Origin: an uncultured cyanobacterium | Lineage (GTDB): Bacteria > Cyanobacteriota > Cyanobacteriia > CAKZMO01 | DNA: 64,000 nt | Reading direction: 5' to 3' | Assembly: GCA_963719515.1 (NCBI GenBank) | Contig: CAVRCJ010000011.1 | Location: 64,001-128,000 of the forward strand | Made by a program: the position numbers and the translations under genes | Shown here: positions 17,379 through 27,350 of the stretch, piece after piece | Position numbering within the stretch: the stretch's first letter is position 1 | Layout: every line of letters starts with the position of its first letter | The notes under the pieces: generated by a model | What the model saw: the letters and a program-made list of their open reading frames with translations, nothing else | Database searches by the model: none | Told to the model about the DNA's origin: nothing

Positions 17379-19097
17379 TTAACGGGGCCGGATGCTCCGG
17401 TAGCGATCGCCCCGAATCTTATCTAGCACATCGTACACCTGCCGCTCACCGACCCCCATCGTCAGCAGCACGTGGGCTCCTAGCTCTAGCGCCGCCTCAA
17501 ACTCCGGCTGTACCACCTCACGCGCGCCCATCTGCGCCAGTAGGTCAATCTCCTTGTCGGTGTGGGAGCGGGCAATCACGTCCAAATCGGGGGCCACCTC
17601 CAGCGATCGCTGCAGCAGCCGCCGGGTACTGCCAGGGTCAGGGAGGGCGATCGCTAGCGCCTTGGCCGTCTCCAAGTGGGCGCGCTCCATCACAGGCTCA
17701 GCGTCCGCGTCGCCAAAGATATAGGGAATGCCCTGCAGCCGCAGCCGCTGCACCGCCGCCTCGCTGTTTTCGATGACCAGCAGCGGATAGCCCTGGCTCC
17801 GCAAGATGTTGACGATCACCTGGCCGACGCGCCCGTACCCCGCCACGACGACATGGTCTCGAATCGCGTCGGGAATTAGCAGATCTTTAGGCTCCGAGAG
17901 CCGCTTGAGATAGCGGGGAAGCGGAATCTTGTCGAGGTGGGGATTAATCAGAGTTGCCGCATTGATCCAGGCGGGAGTGAGGATTAGGGTAATAGCGGTG
18001 GTGCCCAGCAGCAGCAGGTATTGCTGCTCCTCAATTAGACCAGTTTGACGTCCCATCAAGGCCAGCACGAAGGAGAATTCGCCAATTTGGTTAAGGCCAA
18101 AGCTGCTGGTGAGGGCCGTGCGGGGGGAGTAGCCAAAGCTGAGAATAATCGGCAGAATGATGGCCGCTTTCCCAATCATGGCGAGGGAAACCAAGCCAAG
18201 AATTAGGGCAAAATTTTGCACCAAAATGTCGGGGTCAATAAGCATGCCGATGGAGGCAAAAAACAGGCTGGCGAAGGTATCCCGCAAAGGCAGCACTTTG
18301 ACCAGCGCATGGTCAGAATAGTCCACCTCAGACAGCATTAGCCCCGCGACAAACGCGCCCATTTCAATGGATAGCCCTAGGGCCGCAGTCACTAGGGCGA
18401 CGCCCAGGCACAGGGCAATCGTTGTCAGCAAAAATAGCTCGCTGCTCTCGGTAGCCGCCACGGCCCGAATCACCCGAGGCACGACCCACCGCCCAAAGGC
18501 GATCGCCCCCACCAAAAACAGCGAAATCTTCAGCAGCGCCCCCCCCAGCGCGCTCCAAAAGTCCTCCGGCTGATTGAGCGTAGGCAGCAGGGCCAGCATC
18601 ACCCCTAGGGCCAAGTCCTGAGCAATCAGTAGGGCCAGCATGATTTGGCCATGGAGGGTATTGGTTTCGCCCCGCTCTGCTAGAGTCTTGAGCACTACGG
18701 CAGTAGAGGAAAGAGAGAGCACCGCTCCCAAAAAGATGCCCTCTGAAATTCGGTCAACCCAGCCAAAGCCCACGACGGCAGTTGCCACTAGCGCAATGGT
18801 GAGCCCAATCTGCATTAGGCTGCCCTGAAGAGCGATGCGCCGCACCCGGCGAAAGTTGGCGATGGAGAATTCCACACCCAGGGCAAATAGCAAAAACGCC
18901 ACCCCTATTTCCGCTAGGGATTGAATTTGCGTAACGTCGTTGAGTAGCCCTAAACCAAAAGGACCAACCACCGCGCCGCTGATGATGTAGCCCAGTAGGG
19001 CAGGCTGGCGCAGCCGATGAGCTAGATAGCCCCCTGCCGCGGAGGCTCCCAGGACAAGCGTAAAATCTAAAAGAAGGTCATGTCCGGTTGAAGCCAT
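17379..19097 (-). CDS. CPA2/Kef-type cation:proton antiporter with TrkA-N domain
   Basis: LSSTAVV, QDL, NQIGEFSFVL, VVVAGYGRVG. Confidence 0.92.
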   Translation of the reverse strand: MASTGHDLLLDFTLVLGASAAGGYLAHRLRQPALLGYIISGAVVGPFGLGLLNDVTQIQSLAEIGVAFLLFALGVEFSIANFRRVRRIALQGSLMQIGLTIALVATAVVGFGWVDRISEGIFLGAVLSLSSTAVVLKTLAERGETNTLHGQIMLALLIAQDLALGVMLALLPTLNQPEDFWSALGGALLKISLFLVGAIAFGRWVVPRVIRAVAATESSELFLLTTIALCLGVALVTAALGLSIEMGAFVAGLMLSEVDYSDHALVKVLPLRDTFASLFFASIGMLIDPDILVQNFALILGLVSLAMIGKAAIILPIILSFGYSPRTALTSSFGLNQIGEFSFVLALMGRQTGLIEEQQYLLLLGTTAITLILTPAWINAATLINPHLDKIPLPRYLKRLSEPKDLLIPDAIRDHVVVAGYGRVGQVIVNILRSQGYPLLVIENSEAAVQRLRLQGIPYIFGDADAEPVMERAHLETAKALAIALPDPGSTRRLLQRSLEVAPDLDVIARSHTDKEIDLLAQMGAREVVQPEFEAALELGAHVLLTMGVGERQVYDVLDKIRGDRYRSIRPR

Positions 19098-19162
19098 AGG
19101 ATCTCTTGAGGAGGGTGACGGTCACACAACGATATCTAACCCGGACTGTAGCGGACCCAACT

Positions 19163-20542
19163 TCACAGCGGTTTTGGTACTTTAGGTACCATCTTAGTCA
19201 ATTGCCAAAATCGCCATGTGAGCGCTCCCGCTGCGATCGCCAACCCCACTGCGAGCCCCCACCACAACCCTACGCCTCCCCAAGCCAGGCTAAACCCAGC
19301 GCCATAGCCTGCTGGAACGCCTACCATCCAATAGGCAAAGCCCCCAATGGCCATCGGGATGCGGGTGTCTTTTAATCCTCTGAGCGCCCCGGCTGCGATG
19401 ACCTGTAGGCCGTCTGCAACCTGGAAGACAGCGCCCACCGTCAGCAGCGTCACCGCCATAGCGATCACCTCTTGGTTGGCTGGGTCTAAGAGGTCGATGT
19501 ATACCGATACAATCTGCCTGGGCAACAGCAAAATGAGCAGTCCCATCAGTCCCATAAAGCCGCCGCCGAGGCATAGGCAGGCGATACCTGCCCACTGCGA
19601 TGCTCGCCAATCACCCCGACCTAGAGCCTGTCCGACGCGCACCGTAGCCGCTTGAGCGATGCCCAAGGGCACCATGAAGGTGGTGGCCACGGTCTGCAGC
19701 GCAATCTGGTGCGCGGCCAACACCAAGACGCCCATCTGCCCTGCAAAGATTGTCATGATGGTAAACAGTCCCGACTCTAGGGCAGAAAGAATGCCTACCG
19801 GAATGCTGATCCGCAGAAGCTCCTGCAGCTTGTCAAACTGTGGCCGGTGTAGGGTTTGTAGAGGCCGATAGGGCCGGTACCGACGGCCTAGGCTATAGAG
19901 CAGCAGCCCTAGGGTCATGGTCCAGTGAATTACGGTGGTGGACCAGCCAATGCCGGACAGGCCCATCGCCGGAAACCCCCACCGTCCTAGGGCAAGGGCT
20001 TCGTCAGCGATCGCGTTTAGGGCGACCCCTCCCAGGGTAACCACCAAAACAATTCTGGGCTGGGATAGGGCAGAGACAAAGCTGCGCAGGGCTACAAAAA
20101 TTAGCGCCGGGGCATAGGCGGCGGCAGTAGCCCTGAGGTAGAGGCTGGCCAAGGGCACCACTTCCGGAGGCTGCCCCAAGAGCCGCAAAAGGGGAGCCGA
20201 ATTCCACATCAGTAGGCTTACGGGAGCAGCGATCGCCAGCGCGAACCAAATGCCCTGATCGAGCCAGCGGCCTGCCCGCTCGGGTTTTCCTGCGCCATGG
20301 GCCTCAGCAATAAAGGGGCTGATCGTCGACACCAGACTCGTACCCACCACAAGAAACTGCAGGTACAGCACGGCTCCCAAGGCACCTGCTGCTAGGGACT
20401 CGCTGCCCAGGCGGCCCATTACCAGGGTGTCAACAAATCCTGTGGCAGCTTGAGCAAGCTGCGCGCCTGCAAGGGGAAGCGCTAGGGACAGGCATCGCCG
20501 CCCCTCTGTGATCAAAGGATGCTGTCCCATTGGGTGTGGCAA
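19163..20542 (-). CDS. MATE family efflux transporter (NorM-like)
   Basis: GFVDTLVMGRLG, LAAHQIA, ATVRVG, FQVADGLQV..AGALRGLKDT. Confidence 0.93.
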   Translation of the reverse strand: MPHPMGQHPLITEGRRCLSLALPLAGAQLAQAATGFVDTLVMGRLGSESLAAGALGAVLYLQFLVVGTSLVSTISPFIAEAHGAGKPERAGRWLDQGIWFALAIAAPVSLLMWNSAPLLRLLGQPPEVVPLASLYLRATAAAYAPALIFVALRSFVSALSQPRIVLVVTLGGVALNAIADEALALGRWGFPAMGLSGIGWSTTVIHWTMTLGLLLYSLGRRYRPYRPLQTLHRPQFDKLQELLRISIPVGILSALESGLFTIMTIFAGQMGVLVLAAHQIALQTVATTFMVPLGIAQAATVRVGQALGRGDWRASQWAGIACLCLGGGFMGLMGLLILLLPRQIVSVYIDLLDPANQEVIAMAVTLLTVGAVFQVADGLQVIAAGALRGLKDTRIPMAIGGFAYWMVGVPAGYGAGFSLAWGGVGLWWGLAVGLAIAAGALTWRFWQLTKMVPKVPKPL

Positions 20543-20585
20543 TATCTCTAGAAGCGGTGGCGGTAGCGCTACCGCCGACTAAACC

Positions 20586-20810
20586 CTAACTTTCGACGGC
20601 CATAGAATCGTCATCGTCCTCGAAGTTATCTTCGTTGCCCATCAGCTCGTTGATCTCAACGTCTTCTTTGGGCACGTCTTGATCTTCTTTGTCTCGCTCC
20701 ATGAGGCGACCCGACTGCTCTAGCCACTCCAGAATTGTGACCTGACGCTCATTGGAAATAACGCCAGCGGGCTGATTACGGGGATAGTCTCGTAGTGCGG
20801 GGTTCTTCAT
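20586..20810 (-). CDS. Conserved cyanobacterial small protein (DUF3134-like)
   Basis: NPALR..PR.QPA.VI.....ILEWLE.SGRL..R with an acidic tail. Confidence 0.75.
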   Translation of the reverse strand: MKNPALRDYPRNQPAGVISNERQVTILEWLEQSGRLMERDKEDQDVPKEDVEINELMGNEDNFEDDDDSMAVES

Positions 20811-20976
20811 GTTGTTTGCGGTGTAAGACTGTTGTTATAGAGTTCTACGAAGAGGATTTGCACGGCTCTTGTAAAGAGCATTGTGGCAGTACTCTATGGT
20901 AACGCACCCTCAAGGAGATCACCCTACAGAGTCAGTACAATAGGGGCAAGGCCCAACAAGCGTAGGGAAGGCAAAA

Positions 20977-21564
20977 ATGGCGATGAAAGAAGCATTGCTC
21001 GGGGCGATCGCAGGCACAAATCGGGGACTGCTGGCCGACGCTCAAACTCGAGGTGAAATAGAGCGTACCGTGGCTCAGCTCGAAGCCCAATCTCCCACCC
21101 CAGAGCCGCTGCAGTCGAGCCATCTAAACGGGGTTTGGCGGCTCCTCTACACGACCAGTCAAGAGCTCCTGCAAATTGACCGGTTTCCGCTGTTTAAGCT
21201 CGGTCAGATTTATCAGTGCGTGTTCACCGAGACGGCGACGATATACAACATTGCCGAAGTGCCAGGTCTCCCTTACCTAGACGGTATTGTCAGCGTCTCA
21301 GCAAAGTTTACGGCGGTGTCTTCCCAGCGGGTTAACGTTGCGTTTGACCGGGCCGTCTTCGGCTTGCAGAGCTTAATTAATTACCAGTCTCCCGCTAATC
21401 TAGTGGAGCAGATGCGCTCAGGCTCCCTCACCGCGATCGATTTTCCAATTCGCCAGGGGGAGCAGCAGGGCTGGCTAGAGGTCACCTACCTGGACGCCGA
21501 CCTGAGGGTGGGGCGGGGCAATGCCGGTAGCCTTTTTGTGCTCTCTAAGCGGCCGAGGGACTGA
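20977..21564 (+). CDS. PAP/fibrillin family protein
   Basis: LL.AIAGTNRGL, G.WRLLYTTS, GWLEVTYLD.DLRVGRGN.GS.FVL. Confidence 0.92.
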   Translation: MAMKEALLGAIAGTNRGLLADAQTRGEIERTVAQLEAQSPTPEPLQSSHLNGVWRLLYTTSQELLQIDRFPLFKLGQIYQCVFTETATIYNIAEVPGLPYLDGIVSVSAKFTAVSSQRVNVAFDRAVFGLQSLINYQSPANLVEQMRSGSLTAIDFPIRQGEQQGWLEVTYLDADLRVGRGNAGSLFVLSKRPRD

Positions 21565-21599
21565 GCTGCGCCTGTTCGTTCTAGGACTTCTGCTCTCTT

Positions 21600-21663
21600 C
21601 TAGTAAGCCCAGACTCTAGCAAGCCCAGACTCTAGCAAGCCCAGACTTTAGTAAGCCCAGACT
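21600..21663 (+). repeat. 16-bp tandem repeat x4
   Basis: (C/T)TAG(T/C)AAGCCCAGACT repeated head to tail with no spacers, ending 6 nt before the next ATG. Confidence 0.9.
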
Positions 21664-21669
21664 GCCGCC

Positions 21670-22428
21670 ATGCCCCTCCGGCTCTCCCAAACGCACCTCA
21701 GCGTCCTAACGCTGTGTCCGCGCAAATTTCAGTACCTCTACCTCGACCAAATCGGCGGCATTGCGCCGCCAACCCAGCAGCAAGTTTGGGGAAATCAGTT
21801 TCATCAGCTGATGCAGCAGCAGGATTTGGGACTCCCTCTGATTCAGTCTCCCGATCCTCACCTGGCCCGCTGCGTCACTGCGCTGCAGGCCGCCGCGCCC
21901 CACCTATTCGACCGTACGCTAGACCGGCAGAGCGAGTATCGTCTCGGACTGAGGCTGGGCAGTCACGTTCTCGTCGCCGTCTGCGATCGCCTCGTGGTGC
22001 AGAGCGATCGCGCTACCCTCTATGACTGGAAGACCTACGCCCGGCCCCTTTCTTCTCAGCAGCTGGCTCAGAGTTGGCAAACGCGGCTTTACCTGTACGT
22101 TTTGGCGGAAGCGGGGCCATATTCCCCGAGCGCTCTGTCAATGGTCTACTGGTTTGTGCGTCTTACCCCAGACCACCCAGCGCCACAGTCGGTGACGCTG
22201 CCCTACAGCGCCGAGCAGCACCAGCGCACCCACGCTGAACTCACCCGGCTCGTTCAGCAACTTGACCAGTGGCTAGAGCGCTACGACCAGCAGTCCCTGC
22301 CTCAGCTGCCCCTGACATCACCCCACTGCACCACCTGCCCTTTCGCGCTGTGCTGCGATCGCCTCCCTCAGCAGCGTCAGGCCCAGCGTCTGCTGTCGAT
22401 TGACGAGGTGGAAGAGGTGCCGCTCTAG
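21670..22428 (+). CDS. PD-(D/E)XK nuclease family protein (RecB/Cas4-like)
   Basis: LSQ..L.....CPRKFQY, G..FH, D.L...YDWKT, Q.RLY, C-terminal CxxC.F..CC. Confidence 0.85.
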   Translation: MPLRLSQTHLSVLTLCPRKFQYLYLDQIGGIAPPTQQQVWGNQFHQLMQQQDLGLPLIQSPDPHLARCVTALQAAAPHLFDRTLDRQSEYRLGLRLGSHVLVAVCDRLVVQSDRATLYDWKTYARPLSSQQLAQSWQTRLYLYVLAEAGPYSPSALSMVYWFVRLTPDHPAPQSVTLPYSAEQHQRTHAELTRLVQQLDQWLERYDQQSLPQLPLTSPHCTTCPFALCCDRLPQQRQAQRLLSIDEVEEVPL

Positions 22429-22629
22429 TTCACCCTTTGAGGGTCTGCAATGTGAAAATCTACATGAGAATTGTAAAAAAATATGTTGAAAATCTTAAGA
22501 AATATTGCTAGATTGCAGTAAGAGCCCCTTTAAAGTTGGCAAGCAAAGGTTTTCTATCAAAGAGAAAATCGACGTCCCAACTCGATTCCGGCTCAAAGTT
22601 TTCTCACACACTCATACCCTATCTGCACT

Positions 22630-23001
22630 ATGGTCAATACTGCTAATCCGTTTCCCCTGCCTCCAGGGGTTAAGCCCAAGGTTCGTGTCTATGACCTTAA
22701 AGCCCGTCTAGATTGGGGAGAGCCTGCACTGACAATCCTGGACGTCCGCGATCGCCATCAGTTTAATCAAGAGCACATTATGGGCGCAATTTCCATGCCC
22801 GCTGATGAGCTCAAGGGACAGGTGAAGGCGCTGGAGATGAGCCGCGATATCTACCTCTACGGCGAGACAGACGACGAGACGGCGGTTGCCGCGATCGCAC
22901 TGCGCGAAGTGGGCTACGCTAACGTAGCCGAGCTGCGGGGCGGCTTGGCGGCCTGGAAAGCCGTTGGATATCCGTCTGAGTCGATTGAACCTGCCCGGTA
23001 A
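22630..23001 (+). CDS. Rhodanese-like domain protein
   Basis: ILDVRDR..FN.EHIMGA, ELRGGLAAW. Confidence 0.88.
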   Translation: MVNTANPFPLPPGVKPKVRVYDLKARLDWGEPALTILDVRDRHQFNQEHIMGAISMPADELKGQVKALEMSRDIYLYGETDDETAVAAIALREVGYANVAELRGGLAAWKAVGYPSESIEPAR

Positions 23002-23066
23002 GCGGCGTCTACAGCTCAGACAAACTAGGTCAGCGGGTGAGTAAGGGGGACAGCATGCCTATCCCC

Positions 23067-25136
23067 CTATTCTTCGATGCGCCAGACGCCGATGGTCGTA
23101 CTCCCCTTGCCGCCCGCGATAATTTGCCAATAGGGATTGCCTGACCGGGCTACGAGGGCGTCAATTAAGGTACCGTCCCAGGGTATCGAATAGCCTAGCT
23201 CTTGGTGCTTCAGGCTCCACACGTTGATCGTCATATCGGCGCTGCTGCTCACCAGGGTTTGGCCATCAGGGCTAACCGCAATAGCGTTGACGTACCCCTG
23301 ATGCCCTGTGAGTCGTCCTGCGGACGTCTGGTCCGCTAGGTTCCACAGGGCAATATCGCGATCTGCGCCGGCGCTGGCCAAAAGCTCGCCATCGGGGGAA
23401 ATGGTGATGTCGTTGATGTATGCCTTGTGATGTGACAGCGACGTCGATTCTTTGGTCTCGATGTCCCAAAGGCGAATGGTTTTGTCCGCCGAGCCGCTAA
23501 TCAACGTGTTGCCGTCGGGCGTAAAGGCGATCGCGTTGACGTAGCTGTAATGTCCTTCTAAAACGTCCAGCGACTCACCCGTGTTTAGGGTCCACAGCCG
23601 AATAGTGTTGTCGGCACTGGCGCTACCGAGAACCCGGCCATCGGGAGTTACTTTGAGGTCGTTGATGGCGCTGCGATGGCCTGTCAACGTCTTGACTAAT
23701 TCTCCGGTGCGGGCGTCCCAAACGCTGATATCGCCGCTAGTGCCGCCGCTGATGATGTAGCGTCCGTCTGGGCTAAAGGTCACCGCCTGAACCCGATTGC
23801 CCTCGTGCCAAAGCGATCGCTGCTCTTGTCCCGTTTGCCAATTCCAGAGCTTGACGGTTTGGTCATCGCTGGCGCTGGCCAGCAGGGTCTGGTCGGGGTT
23901 GAGGGCGAGATCGTTGATTTTGGCACTATGCCCGGTGAAGGTCGCCATGCTGGTATAAGGCGCTTGAGCCTGGCTTGGGGGCGACCCTATGGTCCAAGGC
24001 CAGCGCTGAACCGCAACCCCCGCTACGCAGAGCCCCGCAGCGCCTAAGGCGACCAGCCAGAGCGAGGGGCGCTGGCGGCGCTGCAAAACCGTATTTTGGT
24101 TTTTCAGGCTGGGGTGGGGCGCGGCTTGGGGCGGCTCAGTGATGCTAGACTCTGGCTGGGCTGAGCCATCGGGATGGGAGGCGTTTGAGCCTGTGCCCTG
24201 CGAAGCAACGGGGCGGGCGGGATCCACCGCTATTTGGGCCAGGCGCTGATGCAGCGCCTGGGTATCTTCGGGGCGATCGATGGCGCGAGCCGCCGTCAAA
24301 TCGTCAATTAGATCTGCGAGATCGGACGGAACGTGGGGCGCATAGGGCCGCCAGCTGAATTGATTGGTGAGGGCGTCGTAAATGTCCGGCTCCATAGGCC
24401 GCTGTCCGGTCAGCAAGAACATAAACGTGCAGCCCAAAGCATAGAAATCTGACTGCGGTACGGCCCTGCCTCGCTCCTGCTCTGGGGGGGTGTATCCAGT
24501 AGAACTTACCCGAGTTATGCCGCCGTTTTCTTCTAGACGCGCAAAGTAGGTGCAGGTCATTTCGCGGGCGGCCCCGAAGTCTACCAGTACCAGCTCGCCG
24601 CTGGATCTGAGCATGATGTTTTCGGGCTTGATATCCCGATGAAAATAGCTGTGCTGATGCACTAAGTGTAGGATTTCGACAAGCTGCGTGAGCCAGTCAA
24701 GCGCCAGCACAGCATTGATAGGATGGCTGCCCTGCTGCTGCATCCACTCTCGCAGGTTAGGCCCGTCAATTTTTTCCATGACGATGCAGTGCAGCGTCGG
24801 ACCACCGGACGCTGGACAAAACTGGAAGCAGCCCGTCTCCTCAATATGGGGAATGCCCGGGTGCTGTAGCTGACTCAGCACTCGGGCCTCCTGCTCAAAT
24901 AGCTCCACGACTTTAGCACTGTCGTTGTGAGTTTCTTTGAGCACCTTTAGGAGCTTGGGAACGTCCTGCTCAAAGGCTTCGTAGACGGTGCCAAACCCGC
25001 TGTGGTCGCTTAGCAGCCGCATGATGCGGTAGCGGTCCTGCAAGATCAAAGCCGCACCACACCGCTGACAAACCTGCTGAGTTTGGTTATCAGGGTGGTT
25101 CGGCTCCGGGCAGTGGGGGTTGATGCACAGACTCAT
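23067..25136 (-). CDS. Ser/Thr protein kinase with N-terminal Cys knuckle, TM and WD40 repeats
   Basis: CINPHC..CQRCG, HRDIKPEN, DFG, GYTPPE, several GH...WD-type repeats. Confidence 0.93.
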   Translation of the reverse strand: MSLCINPHCPEPNHPDNQTQQVCQRCGAALILQDRYRIMRLLSDHSGFGTVYEAFEQDVPKLLKVLKETHNDSAKVVELFEQEARVLSQLQHPGIPHIEETGCFQFCPASGGPTLHCIVMEKIDGPNLREWMQQQGSHPINAVLALDWLTQLVEILHLVHQHSYFHRDIKPENIMLRSSGELVLVDFGAAREMTCTYFARLEENGGITRVSSTGYTPPEQERGRAVPQSDFYALGCTFMFLLTGQRPMEPDIYDALTNQFSWRPYAPHVPSDLADLIDDLTAARAIDRPEDTQALHQRLAQIAVDPARPVASQGTGSNASHPDGSAQPESSITEPPQAAPHPSLKNQNTVLQRRQRPSLWLVALGAAGLCVAGVAVQRWPWTIGSPPSQAQAPYTSMATFTGHSAKINDLALNPDQTLLASASDDQTVKLWNWQTGQEQRSLWHEGNRVQAVTFSPDGRYIISGGTSGDISVWDARTGELVKTLTGHRSAINDLKVTPDGRVLGSASADNTIRLWTLNTGESLDVLEGHYSYVNAIAFTPDGNTLISGSADKTIRLWDIETKESTSLSHHKAYINDITISPDGELLASAGADRDIALWNLADQTSAGRLTGHQGYVNAIAVSPDGQTLVSSSADMTINVWSLKHQELGYSIPWDGTLIDALVARSGNPYWQIIAGGKGSTTIGVWRIEE

Positions 25137-25240
25137 GTAATATCGACAGCGGTACGGGGTGGGCAGCCTTGGGCTACCCGTATTTTATCTGAGCCCGTCT
25201 CCACTAGCGGTAAGGCGACATGCCTTGTCACATAGCCTTC

Positions 25241-25689
25241 GTGACATACTCCCGACGCTCATCTTTTAGATAGAGCGCGGGCTTCTTGGCTCACGCACCA
25301 CAATTTAATGGATGCCGCGCAAGAAGGTTTCCTGCTTCATCTGGTCCTGTCTAGTTACGCAGCAAGCCGTGCAACCCCGATTAGATCCCATCGACAGGCG
25401 ATTTGTTTAATGTCCAGGCAATGACCAACCTCAGACAGTGACGAGTATTCAATTTCCAGCTACGTTTTCTACCGTCTGCACTGTTCACCAGCCAAGGGCT
25501 GTACGTTTGTGTCAGGATAGCAGGCCGCCGCCATGAAATAGTTTGAGCTTGGTTCAATTGTACCCTTTGCTCGCCTCGGCGCTGCCCTTAATTGCCGCCT
25601 TCGGCATCCAGTCAAGGGCGCACCTCGACTCGCTCGCTTACATCCCGACGCTGATGCTGCGCATACAGCGCGGGGCTTTCACGAACTAG
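25241..25689 (-). mobile_element. Non-autonomous IS200/IS605-type element (449 bp, no transposase or TnpB ORF)
   Basis: Two same-strand subterminal hairpins (AAGCCC(C)GCGCT...AGCGTCGGGA). Right end GTCAC at 25241. Left end preceded by TTAG, which contains the stop codon of the upstream gene. Confidence 0.8.
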
Positions 25690-26379
25690 CTAAAAGGCGA
25701 AGTCGGAGCGTAGGGACACCGCCAGATCGCGGCTCGGCTCGACAACCACCACTTCTACCTCCTCATCACCCCCGCCAAATACCAGAATGCCAAGCGCACC
25801 TAAGCCCGCTCCCCCTAGCACTTCGAGGATGTCAATGTCCCCAATAATCTCAGCTAGCACTGCGGCGGCGGCGGCGCCAATCACAGCGCCCTTAATGAAG
25901 TCGGGGTCTTTACCTTCAGTAATCACCTCGGTGCGGGTTACCGGGCCAGACACTGCGTCAATGTCGTAGCTCTGGCCATTGGGAAGCGCAACGCGCTCAG
26001 AGACGAACTGAGTTCCCGGCGTATCGCCCTCTAGGGGTCGCAGTTCGCCCTCAAGCGTGCTCCCAACGGGAATAATCACGGTTCCCGCCCTTGAGCGAAT
26101 ATCCTGGGTCACCGTTAGGGAGAGGGGGGCCGTCTCATCGGGCAAGACGACAATTCGCTCTACAGAATTGCCCTCGTCGTCAACCCCCTCGTAGACCGTC
26201 TCGATGGGCGTCCCCGTCGGTAGCATTACCCGAGCTGAGTCAAACAGCTGGCTCACTCTGACCGGAGAGCGTAGGGATTGGGCTGCGGCAGGCTGCGCCA
26301 TTAAAGGAGCGATCGCGGTTGAGGATACTCCCGCCGCCACTAAAACTGCCGTCATCGATCGCCAATAGGCTGTAAGCAC
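25690..26379 (-). CDS. Conserved cyanobacterial exported hypothetical protein (often loosely labelled TrbI-like)
   Basis: Signal peptide, IP.GS.LEGELRP, Gly-zipper GAVIGAAAA...GGAGLG. Confidence 0.7.
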   Translation of the reverse strand: MLTAYWRSMTAVLVAAGVSSTAIAPLMAQPAAAQSLRSPVRVSQLFDSARVMLPTGTPIETVYEGVDDEGNSVERIVVLPDETAPLSLTVTQDIRSRAGTVIIPVGSTLEGELRPLEGDTPGTQFVSERVALPNGQSYDIDAVSGPVTRTEVITEGKDPDFIKGAVIGAAAAAVLAEIIGDIDILEVLGGAGLGALGILVFGGGDEEVEVVVVEPSRDLAVSLRSDFAF

Positions 26380-26595
26380 GGCGAACCTCCTTGCGTTGTC
26401 GTAAAAAATAAGAGCCTTGGCCTAGGTGCGAGCAGTGCGACACACCAGCCGCGACGTCCCTAGACCTTACTTAACCCTTATAGAAGATTTTGCAGCAGCC
26501 TATAGAGGGCCTTGGTCCAGAGCCTCAGCCGTCCCTACCCTTATGCCACCTCAGAAAACTACGCTTTCCCCGCGTGAAGCGAGCTACAAAGCTCG

Positions 26596-27078
26596 TTACG
26601 CCGCCGGAAACTCCGCCGCTAGCGCATCGTCTTGCTCGTCTGCAAGCGTGGCCACAATTGTGATGTTGCGGGAGATTTCTTCTGGCGAGAGATCCACCAC
26701 GGTTCGCATTGTCGAGATGGCTACGCGATCGCCTTGGTCGCTGTTGAGAATGCAAAAGCAGGCTTCGAAGGTGCTAGACCAGTTCATCTCCAGCAGCTTC
26801 CGCATGAGCTTTGACTCCTCCTGTACCGGTAGAGGCAGGACGTCTGACCACACGGTGAAGGTATCGTCGTCTGTCGTGCCGGTGAGCTGCACAAAAACAT
26901 CGACGCTGCCATACTTAAACGTCCAGGTATGCCCCCCTTCGATGCGGCGAACCATAGCGCTGTCGTCTTGCTCCAGGCTACTGATGATAGTTTCGATCAT
27001 GACGACAAGGTCGTCGGGCGTTCTATCGTCTTCCATGTCGGGCTTGGTCGTCATTTCGGCGTCGGCGTTGTATGTCAT
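26596..27078 (-). CDS. YbjN/CesT-like domain protein
   Basis: IETIISSL, WTFKYGSV.VFVQL, KLLEMNW, EISRNIT.VATLAD..D. Confidence 0.8.
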   Translation of the reverse strand: MTYNADAEMTTKPDMEDDRTPDDLVVMIETIISSLEQDDSAMVRRIEGGHTWTFKYGSVDVFVQLTGTTDDDTFTVWSDVLPLPVQEESKLMRKLLEMNWSSTFEACFCILNSDQGDRVAISTMRTVVDLSPEEISRNITIVATLADEQDDALAAEFPAA

Positions 27079-27199
27079 CGTTGGGAAGTGAAGATCAAAA
27101 GCACCTCCGTCAGTATAACCCTCTGCCGGAGAGCGTCTAAAGTGCCGCAGCTAAAATTCAGTATTCGAAATGCCGTCTCTCAAAGCCTGCATCCTGGTG

Positions 27200-27254
27200 A
27201 AAAAAAATCCCCGACCAAAAGCTGGTCAGGGATTGAATCAGGGTGCATCTACCA
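27200..27254 (-). ncRNA. NsiR1-like small RNA (about 55 nt) with intrinsic terminator
   Basis: Minus strand TGGTAGATGCACCCTGATTC, then hairpin ATCCCTGACCA-gcttt-TGGTCGGGGAT and a T-run. The 5' segment matches my recollection of the NsiR1 5' end. Confidence 0.55.
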
Positions 27255-27350
27255 CTTCACTATTCCAGGAGAGTAGGGGCGGTCAGGACAAAACGTAAGC
27301 TGTTCGTTTTGTTCAGGGCCAAAGGGTGCGGCATGTCACCCTGGCAGTCG

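Noticed and set aside
21600..21663. CRISPR array next to a Cas4-like nuclease
   Set aside because: Repeats are 16 bp, contiguous and spacer-less; no cas1, cas2 or effector genes.
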